IMG/VR virus record: IMGVR_UViG_3300034019_000586
Coordinates: 2,723 to 66,722 of that record
Length of the DNA: 64,000 nucleotides
Strand: one strand, 5' to 3'
From: a virus
Position numbers and translations under genes: made by a program. This document shows, piece by piece, positions 30,518 to 38,137 of the stretch. Position 1 is the stretch's first letter; each line of letters opens with the position of its first letter. Below the pieces are notes generated by a model, which saw only the letters and a list, made by a program, of their open reading frames with translations, was not told the DNA's origin and did no database searches.

Positions 30518-31594
30518 TTACTTTTTAGAATTAGCGTGTTCAATTGTCTTTTGAAGCAATGTTTCAACGTCTGATTTAGCCTTTTTAAATTTAGCTGATT
30601 TAAACTCATATTTTCCGATAAGTGCCTGAATGTCGGAAATAAGCGCGTCGAACTTTTCAGCGTCACCACGAGATAGCAATGCTTCTTTTTCTGCTTCAAG
30701 ACGTGCTGTTTCGGCAATCTTAGCTTCTTCTCTTGCTTTTAATTCGTCTGCAATTCGTTTCCGTTCAGCTTCTAATTCAGCTTGTGCCTCACGAGCAATG
30801 CGTTCTACTTCTTCGCGTTCTCTTTTCGCCTTTTCATCTGCCTTGCGCTGCTCTTCTGCAATACGTTTGCGCTCTGCCTCCGCTTCGGCTTCTTTTGCCC
30901 TTAATTCAGCCTCATGCTTTTCGCGCAATTCTCTTTCCTTTCGTTCCTGTTCGGCACGTTCGGCGGCAAGTTCTCTTTCCCTTTGTTCCGCTTCTGCCTT
31001 CAATCTTTCATTCTCTATACGGATTCTTTCACGTTCCTCTGCCTCAGCCTTTTCTTTAGCAATATGGGCCTCATAAGCCTCTCTTTCAGCCTTTTCCCTC
31101 GCTTCTTTTGCCAACTTCAATCCCTCAACAAGATTCTGAAACGCATCTTCTGTCAATGTTTCTGAATTATAGTTTTCCGGCATTTCCACAATTTCAGAAA
31201 GTACCGCAATTCGATCTGCTTTCAGTTTTGCAAGTCGTTCGCGCTCGATGTTCTCAAAGTGTTTTTCGATTGATTCAAGTTTTGTTTCAATACCTTCTGA
31301 GGCGAATAGTTGCGCGTTCTTCCACCCGTCAATGTACCGTCCTGCCGCAAGGTAAAAAGCCTTTTGTTGCTTGTGAATTTCGGCTGTACCCGTACGAACT
31401 TTAACGTACTTCAACCTGAGTGCCTTTGCTTTTGTGCAGGTTTCTTTATCAACTGGAAGTTGAACAATTTCATTGTATTCGTTTTCAAGTTCAACCATTT
31501 TTTCCAGCATTGGTTTGAACTGTTCTGCAATTTGTGTTGCTTTTGATTCCTCAATTCCGAATTGAGAAGGATCAAGTTTTACGATTTCTGTCAT
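30518..31594 (-). CDS. Long coiled-coil protein
   Basis: 358 aa with an E/K/A/R-rich heptad region; located in the recombination module. Confidence 0.6.
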   Translation of the reverse strand: MTEIVKLDPSQFGIEESKATQIAEQFKPMLEKMVELENEYNEIVQLPVDKETCTKAKALRLKYVKVRTGTAEIHKQQKAFYLAAGRYIDGWKNAQLFASEGIETKLESIEKHFENIERERLAKLKADRIAVLSEIVEMPENYNSETLTEDAFQNLVEGLKLAKEAREKAEREAYEAHIAKEKAEAEERERIRIENERLKAEAEQRERELAAERAEQERKERELREKHEAELRAKEAEAEAERKRIAEEQRKADEKAKREREEVERIAREAQAELEAERKRIADELKAREEAKIAETARLEAEKEALLSRGDAEKFDALISDIQALIGKYEFKSAKFKKAKSDVETLLQKTIEHANSKK

Positions 31595-31623
31595 TTTGTT
31601 TTTCTTATTTGATTTATGTGTTA

Positions 31624-32559
31624 TTACTCCTTTACAAACGATTCACGTTTAGCGTTGATCTGATCGGCATACTTCTGTTTCAAGTCGTCATTAAAGGATT
31701 CAACCCTTTTGTTAAGTGATGCAAGTGATTTAGATTCCTCGATTAATTTTAAGATGCGGGATTCTTCTTCTTCGGCTGTTGACGGAGTTTGATTTACGTT
31801 GTCAGTTGTCTTATTTCGTCTGAAAGCTGATTCAACCGTTGTATCACCGTCTTTTAAGGCCGTTCCGATACCGATCAATGTCGCAATATCGTCTGCATCA
31901 ACAAAGTCAATTGAAGCCTTTCCTATTGCACTCAACACTTCTTCTTCGGTCACGTTGAACGTTCCCATTAATTTGTCCACCACCTGACGGGCTTTTTTCT
32001 TGCGCTTTTCGTCGTCTGAAACATCACCCGTTAAAACGTTCAATGCAGCAGTATAGACGCTATCCACAATCGGACGCGGTATAACGGAAAGTATTGCGTT
32101 TCTTAGCGCAATAGCGTTGGCCGCATTGCCCGTGACAACAATCATATCTTCTTTGTACCGCTTGCCGTACTTGTCAAGTATGGATTTTTTTACCTGAGTC
32201 TTAATCGCAATGTTGGCTTCAAGATCAAAGCAAACCGCCTCGCTTGTAATCTGTGTTGCAGATACATCAACCACTTTTGCCTCAATCCTTAAATTTCCCC
32301 AAGTCTGAGCAAGGATTTTAGCAAGGTGAACCGATGGCCCTGTAATTGATTTACCACCACGAGGAACGGAATAAGTGCAGGTTTGAGCAGTTTGTTGGTC
32401 AATTGTGACAATATCGGTCGCGTTTTTCTTTGCTCGTTGAATATTCCGAGGGAAGGATTTTGCAGTCGCGATCTGGACGTCAATTGCTGCCTTGTCTTGT
32501 TGATAAACAAGTTCTGTTGCTGTTGTGATGATTACTTCATCGTTTGTTTCTTCTGACAT
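31624..32559 (-). CDS. Putative ssDNA-annealing/recombination protein
   Basis: IDVQIATAKSFPR...YSVPRGGKSITGPSVHLA...WGN family; function inferred from proximity to the YqaJ-like nuclease. Confidence 0.5.
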   Translation of the reverse strand: MSEETNDEVIITTATELVYQQDKAAIDVQIATAKSFPRNIQRAKKNATDIVTIDQQTAQTCTYSVPRGGKSITGPSVHLAKILAQTWGNLRIEAKVVDVSATQITSEAVCFDLEANIAIKTQVKKSILDKYGKRYKEDMIVVTGNAANAIALRNAILSVIPRPIVDSVYTAALNVLTGDVSDDEKRKKKARQVVDKLMGTFNVTEEEVLSAIGKASIDFVDADDIATLIGIGTALKDGDTTVESAFRRNKTTDNVNQTPSTAEEEESRILKLIEESKSLASLNKRVESFNDDLKQKYADQINAKRESFVKE

Positions 32560-32613
32560 AATGTTTATTGTTTTGAATTAATTTATGTTTTATTGATTTG
32601 GTTCTCCGTTAGG

Positions 32614-33081
32614 TTATGTGTTTTGTCCTAAGATTTCTTTTTTATAGTCAACAAATTCTACGCCTGTGATCTTTTCTAAAATTGCGTTTTTCTGTAAACG
32701 CAATTCTTCAATTTGTTCATCAATTTTAGCCGCTTCAATTTTATGCTTTTCGTTTTTTTCATCGTAAAGAATGTAGTCTTTTTCCTTATGTTCAGGTAAC
32801 TGTATCTTTTCGCCTTTCGAGTTTTCATAAACAAAACTTCCATCTTTTCTGATGCCGATAAGCTTAATCATTTTTTCTCCGTATGATTTCGGTTTAGATT
32901 CAACCCAAATAGGTTTAAAAACCTCATTCTCTTTTATGAAATCGTCAATCCACTTTTTTGTTGAAGCAAATGATTTTTTAGATTCATTTCTATCCCATTG
33001 TTCAGAATGGCAGTAAAATGTTTCTTTTTTGGTGTCAAATGATATTGACCAACCTCTGTAAACTTGAATTTCTATTTTCAT
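32614..33081 (-). CDS. Hypothetical protein
   Basis: 155-aa ORF. Confidence 0.55.
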   Translation of the reverse strand: MKIEIQVYRGWSISFDTKKETFYCHSEQWDRNESKKSFASTKKWIDDFIKENEVFKPIWVESKPKSYGEKMIKLIGIRKDGSFVYENSKGEKIQLPEHKEKDYILYDEKNEKHKIEAAKIDEQIEELRLQKNAILEKITGVEFVDYKKEILGQNT

Positions 33082-33096
33082 TTTGTTGTAATTAAT

Positions 33097-33348
33097 TTAT
33101 ATTCTACCTTGACTTTTATAGAACTGCCTGAGAGCCATTTTAACGGCTATTCCTTCGGTGCATCCAAAGTCGTTTGAATCTTGTTTAATGCAGTTTCCTA
33201 CATCTTCGGGTATATCGCTTACCCTTACGTCGTATCTTCCTTCGGGAAGTGTTTTTTCTGTCTTTCTCATCGCTTTTCGTTTCAATCTGACTTGATCTAA
33301 ATTTTGTCTGTTTTCTTTGTTTCTCATATCGTCCGCAATTTTACGCAA
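33097..33348 (-). CDS. Small putative DNA-binding protein (RHH-like)
   Basis: YDVRVSDIPEDV...AVKMALRQFY beta-alpha-alpha pattern; the real start is probably downstream of 33348. Confidence 0.4.
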   Translation of the reverse strand: MRKIADDMRNKENRQNLDQVRLKRKAMRKTEKTLPEGRYDVRVSDIPEDVGNCIKQDSNDFGCTEGIAVKMALRQFYKSQGRI

Positions 33349-33389
33349 TTTAACACGATTAATGCAAGTTTATTTCAAAATAAATTTAT

Positions 33390-33824
33390 TCACAAAGTGG
33401 TTTTTGCATGAATTTTCAATTCACCCATCTTGTAATTCCCTGACTTCTCCTTCTGTTTCTTCAAGGTTATCAGCTTTGAATAGTCACCCGAACCAACCGT
33501 TTCGATTAGCCCTCCTGACCTACTGAAATAACCCAAGACAAACATCGGTGAAATGTTTCCCGCAACTTCTAATAAATCAAGTTTCTCCGACAACTGTCCT
33601 GACTTCCATAGACAAAATTTAGAACTGTCAGCAACCCTGAAAATCTTCTTCGTAGTCGGGTACAAATCCCATTTACCGTTAATCCGAAAGTGATAATCAG
33701 TCACCTTCTCAACCCTGAATTTTGATTGATTAAGAGCCATGATTTCATTAGTTGCGCTCATCATTTTATCCGATTTTCTCTCCTTAGAAAGCCTTGTAAA
33801 TTCTTTGTAGTCTTCTGAATCCAT
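33390..33824 (-). CDS. Hypothetical protein
   Basis: 144 aa, containing YHFRINGKWDLYPTTKK. Confidence 0.55.
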   Translation of the reverse strand: MDSEDYKEFTRLSKERKSDKMMSATNEIMALNQSKFRVEKVTDYHFRINGKWDLYPTTKKIFRVADSSKFCLWKSGQLSEKLDLLEVAGNISPMFVLGYFSRSGGLIETVGSGDYSKLITLKKQKEKSGNYKMGELKIHAKTTL

Positions 33825-33904
33825 TGTTATTGTTTTTTCGTTAATTAATCCATATCCGCGAACACTTGTTGAATATGTGCAGTAAAATCATCCATAGCTG
33901 GTAG

Positions 33905-34141
33905 TTAGGTGCAAGGCTCGTACAACGGACAAGCTGCATCCTTACATTTAATCTTTAGCAAACCATTATCAGTTCGGTTGCTTTTCCGAACTCCGCAATA
34001 TTGAAAAACCTTGCTGTTACATTCCCACCGTTGGCGATGCTCACAAGAATTACAAGTAAGCCCAGCACCTAACAATGGTTTTGCGTCAGGCAGGCTGAAC
34101 AGCGTTGGTTGAACATTTGTGGTTAAATCATCTTTATTCAT
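33905..34141 (-). CDS. Cassette 1 ORF, small Cys-rich protein
   Basis: 78 aa with CxxC...C...C. Starts in the attC1 loop; the stop is the TAA of the core at 33905-33907. Confidence 0.65.
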   Translation of the reverse strand: MNKDDLTTNVQPTLFSLPDAKPLLGAGLTCNSCEHRQRWECNSKVFQYCGVRKSNRTDNGLLKIKCKDAACPLYEPCT

Positions 34142-34199
34142 TCTATTGAAATTTAGTGGTTAAAATCCTGCCCGAACGCAAAGCCATCGGACGTTAGCT
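34067..34199 (+). repeat. attC-like site 1
   Basis: ACCTAAC-A-ATGGTTTTGCGTCAGGCAGG ... CCTGCCCGAACGCAAAGCCAT-CGGAC-GTTAGCT. Confidence 0.85.
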
Positions 34200-34403
34200 G
34201 CCATTGTAATGTGACACCACACAAGGGCATCTTTTACCATAATCAGGCATAATAACTTTATCGCATAGATTTACACTTACACCACATAAGCAAGTTTGTT
34301 TTACCTTGCTGTAATCTACCTCCGATTGAGGAGGAATAACGGCAGCTAACAAGCGGTTAGCGTCATTGCCGTTTTCGTGTTTTATTAAATTTTCTGTTTT
34401 CAT
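34194..34403 (-). CDS. Cassette 2 ORF, small Cys-rich protein (69 aa from ATG 34403)
   Basis: MKTENLIKHENGNDANRLLAAV...CLC...C...CPC. Starts in the attC2 loop and stops in the core TAA. Confidence 0.6.
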   Translation of the reverse strand: MKTENLIKHENGNDANRLLAAVIPPQSEVDYSKVKQTCLCGVSVNLCDKVIMPDYGKRCPCVVSHYNGS

Positions 34404-34477
34404 ATCAAATTTATTTTTAAAGTTAAAGTTTTGTGTTCCAAAGTCGGCAACGAACGCCAACCGCCAAAACGTTAGGC
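34344..34477 (+). repeat. attC-like site 2
   Basis: AGCTAAC-AA-GCGGTTAGCGTCATTGCCG ... CGGCAACGAACGCCAACCGC-CAAAAC-GTTAGGC. Confidence 0.85.
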
Positions 34478-34495
34478 GATATGCCAACAGACACC

Positions 34496-34930
34496 CTACA
34501 ACGGTTGAGTGATTTGATTACGAAGTATATCATAAAATACATTTCGTGACAAAGCACCCAAACAAATAAAATCGGGCTTCATTTCATTTAAAGCTAATAT
34601 TTCAGGAATAGCAATAAATAAATCTTCATCAGTAAGTTTTTTAATTAAATCACAATCCATTTCTATAACAGTACCTTTTGTTTTGAAATATCTTTGTTGT
34701 AAGTATTTTGTATATGCTTGTGTAGCATCTGCAATTACACCATACGTTTCGTTTGGGTTTTGCCTTGTAGCCCAACAAACGAAAGCACCTTTAAAATCAT
34801 TTATCATTAAATGAAATTTATCATTCAAATAATTTGCCGAAATGTCAGCGTTTGTCAATTTGTGAACTGACTTGTCTTTAATTTGTTTTGGAGTTAAGTC
34901 AATAACTTCTTTTTGATTTTCTGTACTCAT
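34496..34930 (-). CDS. Cassette 3 ORF, hypothetical protein
   Basis: 144 aa, wholly inside the cassette body, with an AT-rich leader. Confidence 0.65.
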   Translation of the reverse strand: MSTENQKEVIDLTPKQIKDKSVHKLTNADISANYLNDKFHLMINDFKGAFVCWATRQNPNETYGVIADATQAYTKYLQQRYFKTKGTVIEMDCDLIKKLTDEDLFIAIPEILALNEMKPDFICLGALSRNVFYDILRNQITQPL

Positions 34931-34973
34931 TTTATATTTATTTAAAGTTTAAAATTTTAATAAAGGCACAATC

Positions 34974-35105
34974 GCCTAACATCGGTTTTGTGCAAGTGGG
35001 GCTGAATTGCTAAATTCAACAGCGGTAATTCTAATCGGCTTTTGTGCTGAATTGAAACTTTCGTGTTCCAAATCCCCACCTGCACAAAGCCGCAACACGT
35101 TATAG
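34974..35105 (+). repeat. attC-like site 3
   Basis: GCCTAAC-AT-CGGTTTTGTGCAAGTGGGG ... CCCCACCTGCACAAAGCCG-CAACAC-GTTATAG. Confidence 0.85.
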
Positions 35106-35576
35106 GGCATTTAACCGAGCCACCACATCAGCAGACGTATGACCGTCAAACTCAAATAATGCTCTATCCTTTGCAGGTATTTTGAATAAATCCCAATCTT
35201 TCAATTCATAGTGGTTTGATATTTGACCTGTTGGCAATACTGCAACAACGATAAACCAACCACCACCAAAGCAATATTCTCCATCGTGATGCCTAATTGA
35301 TTTGTGAACATTGTATTGTGGTATATCAAACTTTGCCCACTCATTGAATAGTGCAGCATTGTAAGTTTTCCTAAACTCATACAATTCATTAAATGTCTGA
35401 TAACCGTCAGAGTAGTTTCCCCTAACATCAGCAGGTGTATTATCAATACCCTTTTGAACTGATAAAATAATTCCGTTTTGTCCTTGCATTTTTGTGTAAA
35501 ATAAACGCCCTATAACATACGCTATACAAAAGCAGGGGCGAACTGCTAATACAAGCGGTGTGCATCTATTTTTCAT
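35100..35576 (-). CDS. Cassette 4 ORF, conserved phage protein (WDGH-like)
   Basis: SDGYQTFNELYEFR...HKSIRHHDG...GWFIV...LPTGQISNHY...FDGHT. Stops in the core TAA; alternative start at ATG 35489. Confidence 0.7.
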   Translation of the reverse strand: MKNRCTPLVLAVRPCFCIAYVIGRLFYTKMQGQNGIILSVQKGIDNTPADVRGNYSDGYQTFNELYEFRKTYNAALFNEWAKFDIPQYNVHKSIRHHDGEYCFGGGWFIVVAVLPTGQISNHYELKDWDLFKIPAKDRALFEFDGHTSADVVARLNAL

Positions 35577-35639
35577 TTGTGGTAGGCTGAAAGGGAGTGC
35601 ATCTTAACCCCTGCCTTCGTATAGCGTCAGCCGTTAGCC
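35510..35639 (+). repeat. attC-like site 4
   Basis: CTATAAC-AT-ACGCTATACAAAAGCAGGGG ... CCCCTGCCTTCGTATAGCGT-CAGCC-GTTAGCC. Confidence 0.85.
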
Positions 35640-36431
35640 GCAATACGCAGACACCCGACTGACGGCAATTTCAAAATACTTTTCATCTTTTTCTATTCCG
35701 ATAAAGTGGCGACCTGTTTTTTTACAAGCGACACCTGTTGTTCCAGAACCCATGCAATTATCTAAAACAGTTTCGCCTTCGTTTGTATAAGTATTAACTA
35801 AGTAATCAAATAAAGCTATTGGTTTTTGGGTTGGATGAAATTTTCCATCAAATTCAGCAGTCGTAAAATACTGTACACTTCTCGGCAATCTCATGCCATC
35901 CTCTGATTTTCTTATGTGGCTATGGTAGTTCGGTATGTTATTTGAAACTTCGGGGTTATCGTGTTTCTCTTTTACACCACCTCTGTAATATGGTTTCCCT
36001 TGTGTTTTTTGTGGATAATAATTGGGAGTTCCGTTAGCAAATACAAGTACATTTTCGTGTGCTTTCAATGGCTGTTTTTTAGCCAGCAAAAAATTACTTG
36101 CTTTGCTTTTTTCCCAAATCCATTCGTATTTAAACATCTTTGGATTACTCATTACTAAGGCACTTGTAAAAGGCTGCGAAGCCGTTAAAACTATTGCACC
36201 ATTATCTTTTATAACTCTTTCGTAATGTTTCCAAAGTGGTTCAAAAGGTATTACACTATCCCACTTGCAAGCAGTAGTTCCATAAGGCAAATCACACAAA
36301 ATCATATCCACACTTTTATCTTCAATCTTATCCATTTCTACAAGGCAATCACCCTGATAGAATGTACTGCGGCTAACATTGCATTGCTGAACATTGCCAG
36401 CTTCATCGGTAATTTGAACTTTGTATTCCAT
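35634..36431 (-). CDS. Cassette 5 ORF, N6A/N4C DNA methyltransferase (beta class)
   Basis: GDCL, ILCDLPYG (motif IV), HPTQKP and VLDNCMGSGTTG (motif I). Starts in the attC5 loop and stops in the core TAA. Confidence 0.92.
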   Translation of the reverse strand: MEYKVQITDEAGNVQQCNVSRSTFYQGDCLVEMDKIEDKSVDMILCDLPYGTTACKWDSVIPFEPLWKHYERVIKDNGAIVLTASQPFTSALVMSNPKMFKYEWIWEKSKASNFLLAKKQPLKAHENVLVFANGTPNYYPQKTQGKPYYRGGVKEKHDNPEVSNNIPNYHSHIRKSEDGMRLPRSVQYFTTAEFDGKFHPTQKPIALFDYLVNTYTNEGETVLDNCMGSGTTGVACKKTGRHFIGIEKDEKYFEIAVSRVSAYCG

Positions 36432-36504
36432 ATCAACTTTTTATTTTAAATTAAACATTTTTGCTTCTAAATTGGCAACGTCAGCAATACGCAAACCGTT
36501 ATGT
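36371..36504 (+). repeat. attC-like site 5
   Basis: GGCTAAC-AT-TGCATTGCTGAACATTGCCA ... TGGCAACGTCAGCAATACGCA-AACC-GTTATGT. Confidence 0.8.
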
Positions 36505-36509
36505 GCCAT

Positions 36510-36674
36510 TTAATCGACACGCTCCTCAACTATCTTTGTTAATGCCCCACCAACTCTCATCTCATTAAGTTGCTTTTCACTTTCAATCGCTTTCTCCATT
36601 GTGGAATTTACACTCCAAATAACATCTTTTGGGGGTGCTTCACAATCAAGAACAATATAAACGGCACATAACAC
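36510..36674 (-). CDS. Cassette 6 ORF, small hypothetical protein (54 aa, not in ORF track)
   Basis: GTG start overlapping the attC6 core: (M)LCAVYIVLDCEAPPKDVIWSVNSTMEKAIESEKQLNEMRVGGALTKIVEERVD. Spans the cassette body. Confidence 0.45.
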   Translation of the reverse strand: MLCAVYIVLDCEAPPKDVIWSVNSTMEKAIESEKQLNEMRVGGALTKIVEERVD

Positions 36675-36761
36675 GTGCTATAAGCAAGTTTGCCAATAAC
36701 ATTTGTGCTAAATTTGAACATTTCTGCAAGGCAAACCTGCTCATAGCACCATACGTTAGCG
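36666..36761 (+). repeat. attC-like site 6 (short, 96 bp)
   Basis: ACATAAC-AC-GTGCTATAAGCAAGTTTGCC ... GGCAAACCTGCTCATAGCAC-CATAC-GTTAGCG. Confidence 0.85.
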
Positions 36762-36765
36762 GCAA

Positions 36766-37044
36766 TTAAAAAAACCACCGCACCAAATCCATTCCGCTTG
36801 ACTTATAATTTTGTTTTTCCATTAAATCAAATGGTATTTTTTTAACCATTGCATCAGGCAATCTTAAATTGGTGTATTGAGTGTATCTTTCTAATTTAAG
36901 TGTTCTTCCATCGCCTGAACAAAATTGATAACAAGCTCCATTATAGAGAATGTAATCTCCTTTTTTCACTGTGTATTCTTTTCGCCCAATCTTAACTGCC
37001 GCTAACAAGCGGTTAGCGTCATTGCCGTTTTGTGTTTCGTTCAT
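36766..37044 (-). CDS. Cassette 7 ORF, hypothetical protein
   Basis: 92 aa; the N-terminus MNETQNGNDANRLLAAV is encoded by the attC7 half-site. Confidence 0.65.
   Translation of the reverse strand: MNETQNGNDANRLLAAVKIGRKEYTVKKGDYILYNGACYQFCSGDGRTLKLERYTQYTNLRLPDAMVKKIPFDLMEKQNYKSSGMDLVRWFF
37000..37031 (+). repeat. Truncated attC-like site 7 (left arm only)
   Basis: 37001-37031 is identical to 34345-34375 (31 bp); no complementary right arm follows. Confidence 0.8.
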
Positions 37045-37322
37045 ACTCTACTCAATTTATCGTTCAACTCTTTTCTTATTTCATCCGTTCCTTCGATGTT
37101 CTCATCGCTGTCGGGCATAGTCAGTTCAAACACATCAAGGCTGCATTGATACATATCAGTGTATTCATCGTAACCAAACACGGTTAATTCCATGTAGATG
37201 TTAACGCCTTCAAACGTGCTTTCAATAGTGAACGATTCGTTGTCGTTAACGGTGTCAAGGTTTTTGCAGATCAGCGACCAGGAGTAGTCTGTCATTGTTT
37301 CGGTGTTCATACTTCCTCCCAT
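37041..37322 (-). CDS. Hypothetical acidic protein
   Basis: Within ORF-track 37041..37382; the probable start is MGGSM or MNTET. ATGA overlap with the cassette 7 ORF. Confidence 0.5.
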   Translation of the reverse strand: MGGSMNTETMTDYSWSLICKNLDTVNDNESFTIESTFEGVNIYMELTVFGYDEYTDMYQCSLDVFELTMPDSDENIEGTDEIRKELNDKLSRV

Positions 37323-37323
37323 G

Positions 37324-37563
37324 TTATTGTTCTGTTTTAGTTTCGAGTTCTTTGAGTAGTGCGTCGGTATGTGAAATTGCACATTTTACAATATCTTCCA
37401 TTTTCATCATAAAATCTCTGTCTCCCGCCAACAACCCTTGCATCGCCATCGCCGCAAAATATTCGCGTTTTGTAAGGCCGATGTAACTAATATCAGGATA
37501 GCTATCAAGCCTGTATTTGTCATCCTCGTTAATTGGGTAAATTGGTTGGTCTGAATTTTTCAT
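37324..37563 (-). CDS. Conserved small phage protein
   Basis: GLTKREYFAAMAMQGLLA...ALLKEL, a widespread phage motif. Confidence 0.7.
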   Translation of the reverse strand: MKNSDQPIYPINEDDKYRLDSYPDISYIGLTKREYFAAMAMQGLLAGDRDFMMKMEDIVKCAISHTDALLKELETKTEQ

Positions 37564-37581
37564 GTTATTAAGTTTTGATCG

Positions 37582-37881
37582 TTAAACAAAATTCACTTGT
37601 TCTTTTTTCAGATTAGCCAAAACGGTTTCTTCGATGGTTGAGGCCATTCTGCTAATTTCCTGATTTGCTTTCTGCCTTAATTCATCCGTGTCGGCTAAGT
37701 CGTATTCAATTTCCTGTTTGATTTGATTTAGGTCAGCTTCAACCTCATCTTTTGTTTCTCCGTTTACTGATCGCATGAGGATAAAATTCCATTCGGTGTT
37801 ATCAATGCCGGGAAAACAGATCGTTGCCTTTCCCTTGAAAAAATCCGTCTTTTTGTATGCTTTTGCATCAATTCTTATCAT
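37582..37881 (-). CDS. Hypothetical protein
   Basis: 99-aa ORF in the early region. Confidence 0.5.
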   Translation of the reverse strand: MIRIDAKAYKKTDFFKGKATICFPGIDNTEWNFILMRSVNGETKDEVEADLNQIKQEIEYDLADTDELRQKANQEISRMASTIEETVLANLKKEQVNFV

Positions 37882-37918
37882 GTTGGTTCATTTTATATGC
37901 TTTCGCATTGGTTTGAAT

Positions 37919-38137
37919 TTATTTGTTTTTGAATTTGATATAAAAACTACTCTGTTTAGTTGGCTTTTCTTCCGTTATTTCGATGTCCCCCAGCTTAGTC
38001 ATCACTTCCATCTTCCATTGAACAAAGACTGAAAGATTGGCGGCAAAACAGTTTTTTGAGCCTGTTTTAGGATTCGGCTCAACCCTTTGCAGCAGATACC
38101 CCCTGCACTCGTCGAATGTCAATTCAGATACTTTCAT
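37919..38137 (-). CDS. Hypothetical protein
   Basis: 72-aa ORF in the early region. Confidence 0.5.
   Translation of the reverse strand: MKVSELTFDECRGYLLQRVEPNPKTGSKNCFAANLSVFVQWKMEVMTKLGDIEITEEKPTKQSSFYIKFKNK

Larger units (their letters stand above)
33904..37044. mobile_element. Integron-type gene cassette array (7 cassettes, no integrase in window; CALIN-like)
   Basis: Six 96-134 bp imperfect palindromes bounded by TAAC...GTTA plus a seventh half-site. Each cassette's left GTTA-flank is the reverse complement of its own right TAAC-flank. Confidence 0.9.

Noticed and set aside
30630-31165. Plus-strand ORFs opposite the coiled-coil gene, and similar shadow ORFs such as 12568..13179 and 19221..19676
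   Set aside because: Antisense shadows of repetitive, codon-biased genes.
33904-37044. CRISPR array or simple REP/terminator repeats as the explanation for the periodic palindromes
   Set aside because: The repeats are 96-134 bp, divergent in sequence and separated by whole genes. The cassette-specific end complementarity is explained only by circular-intermediate integration.
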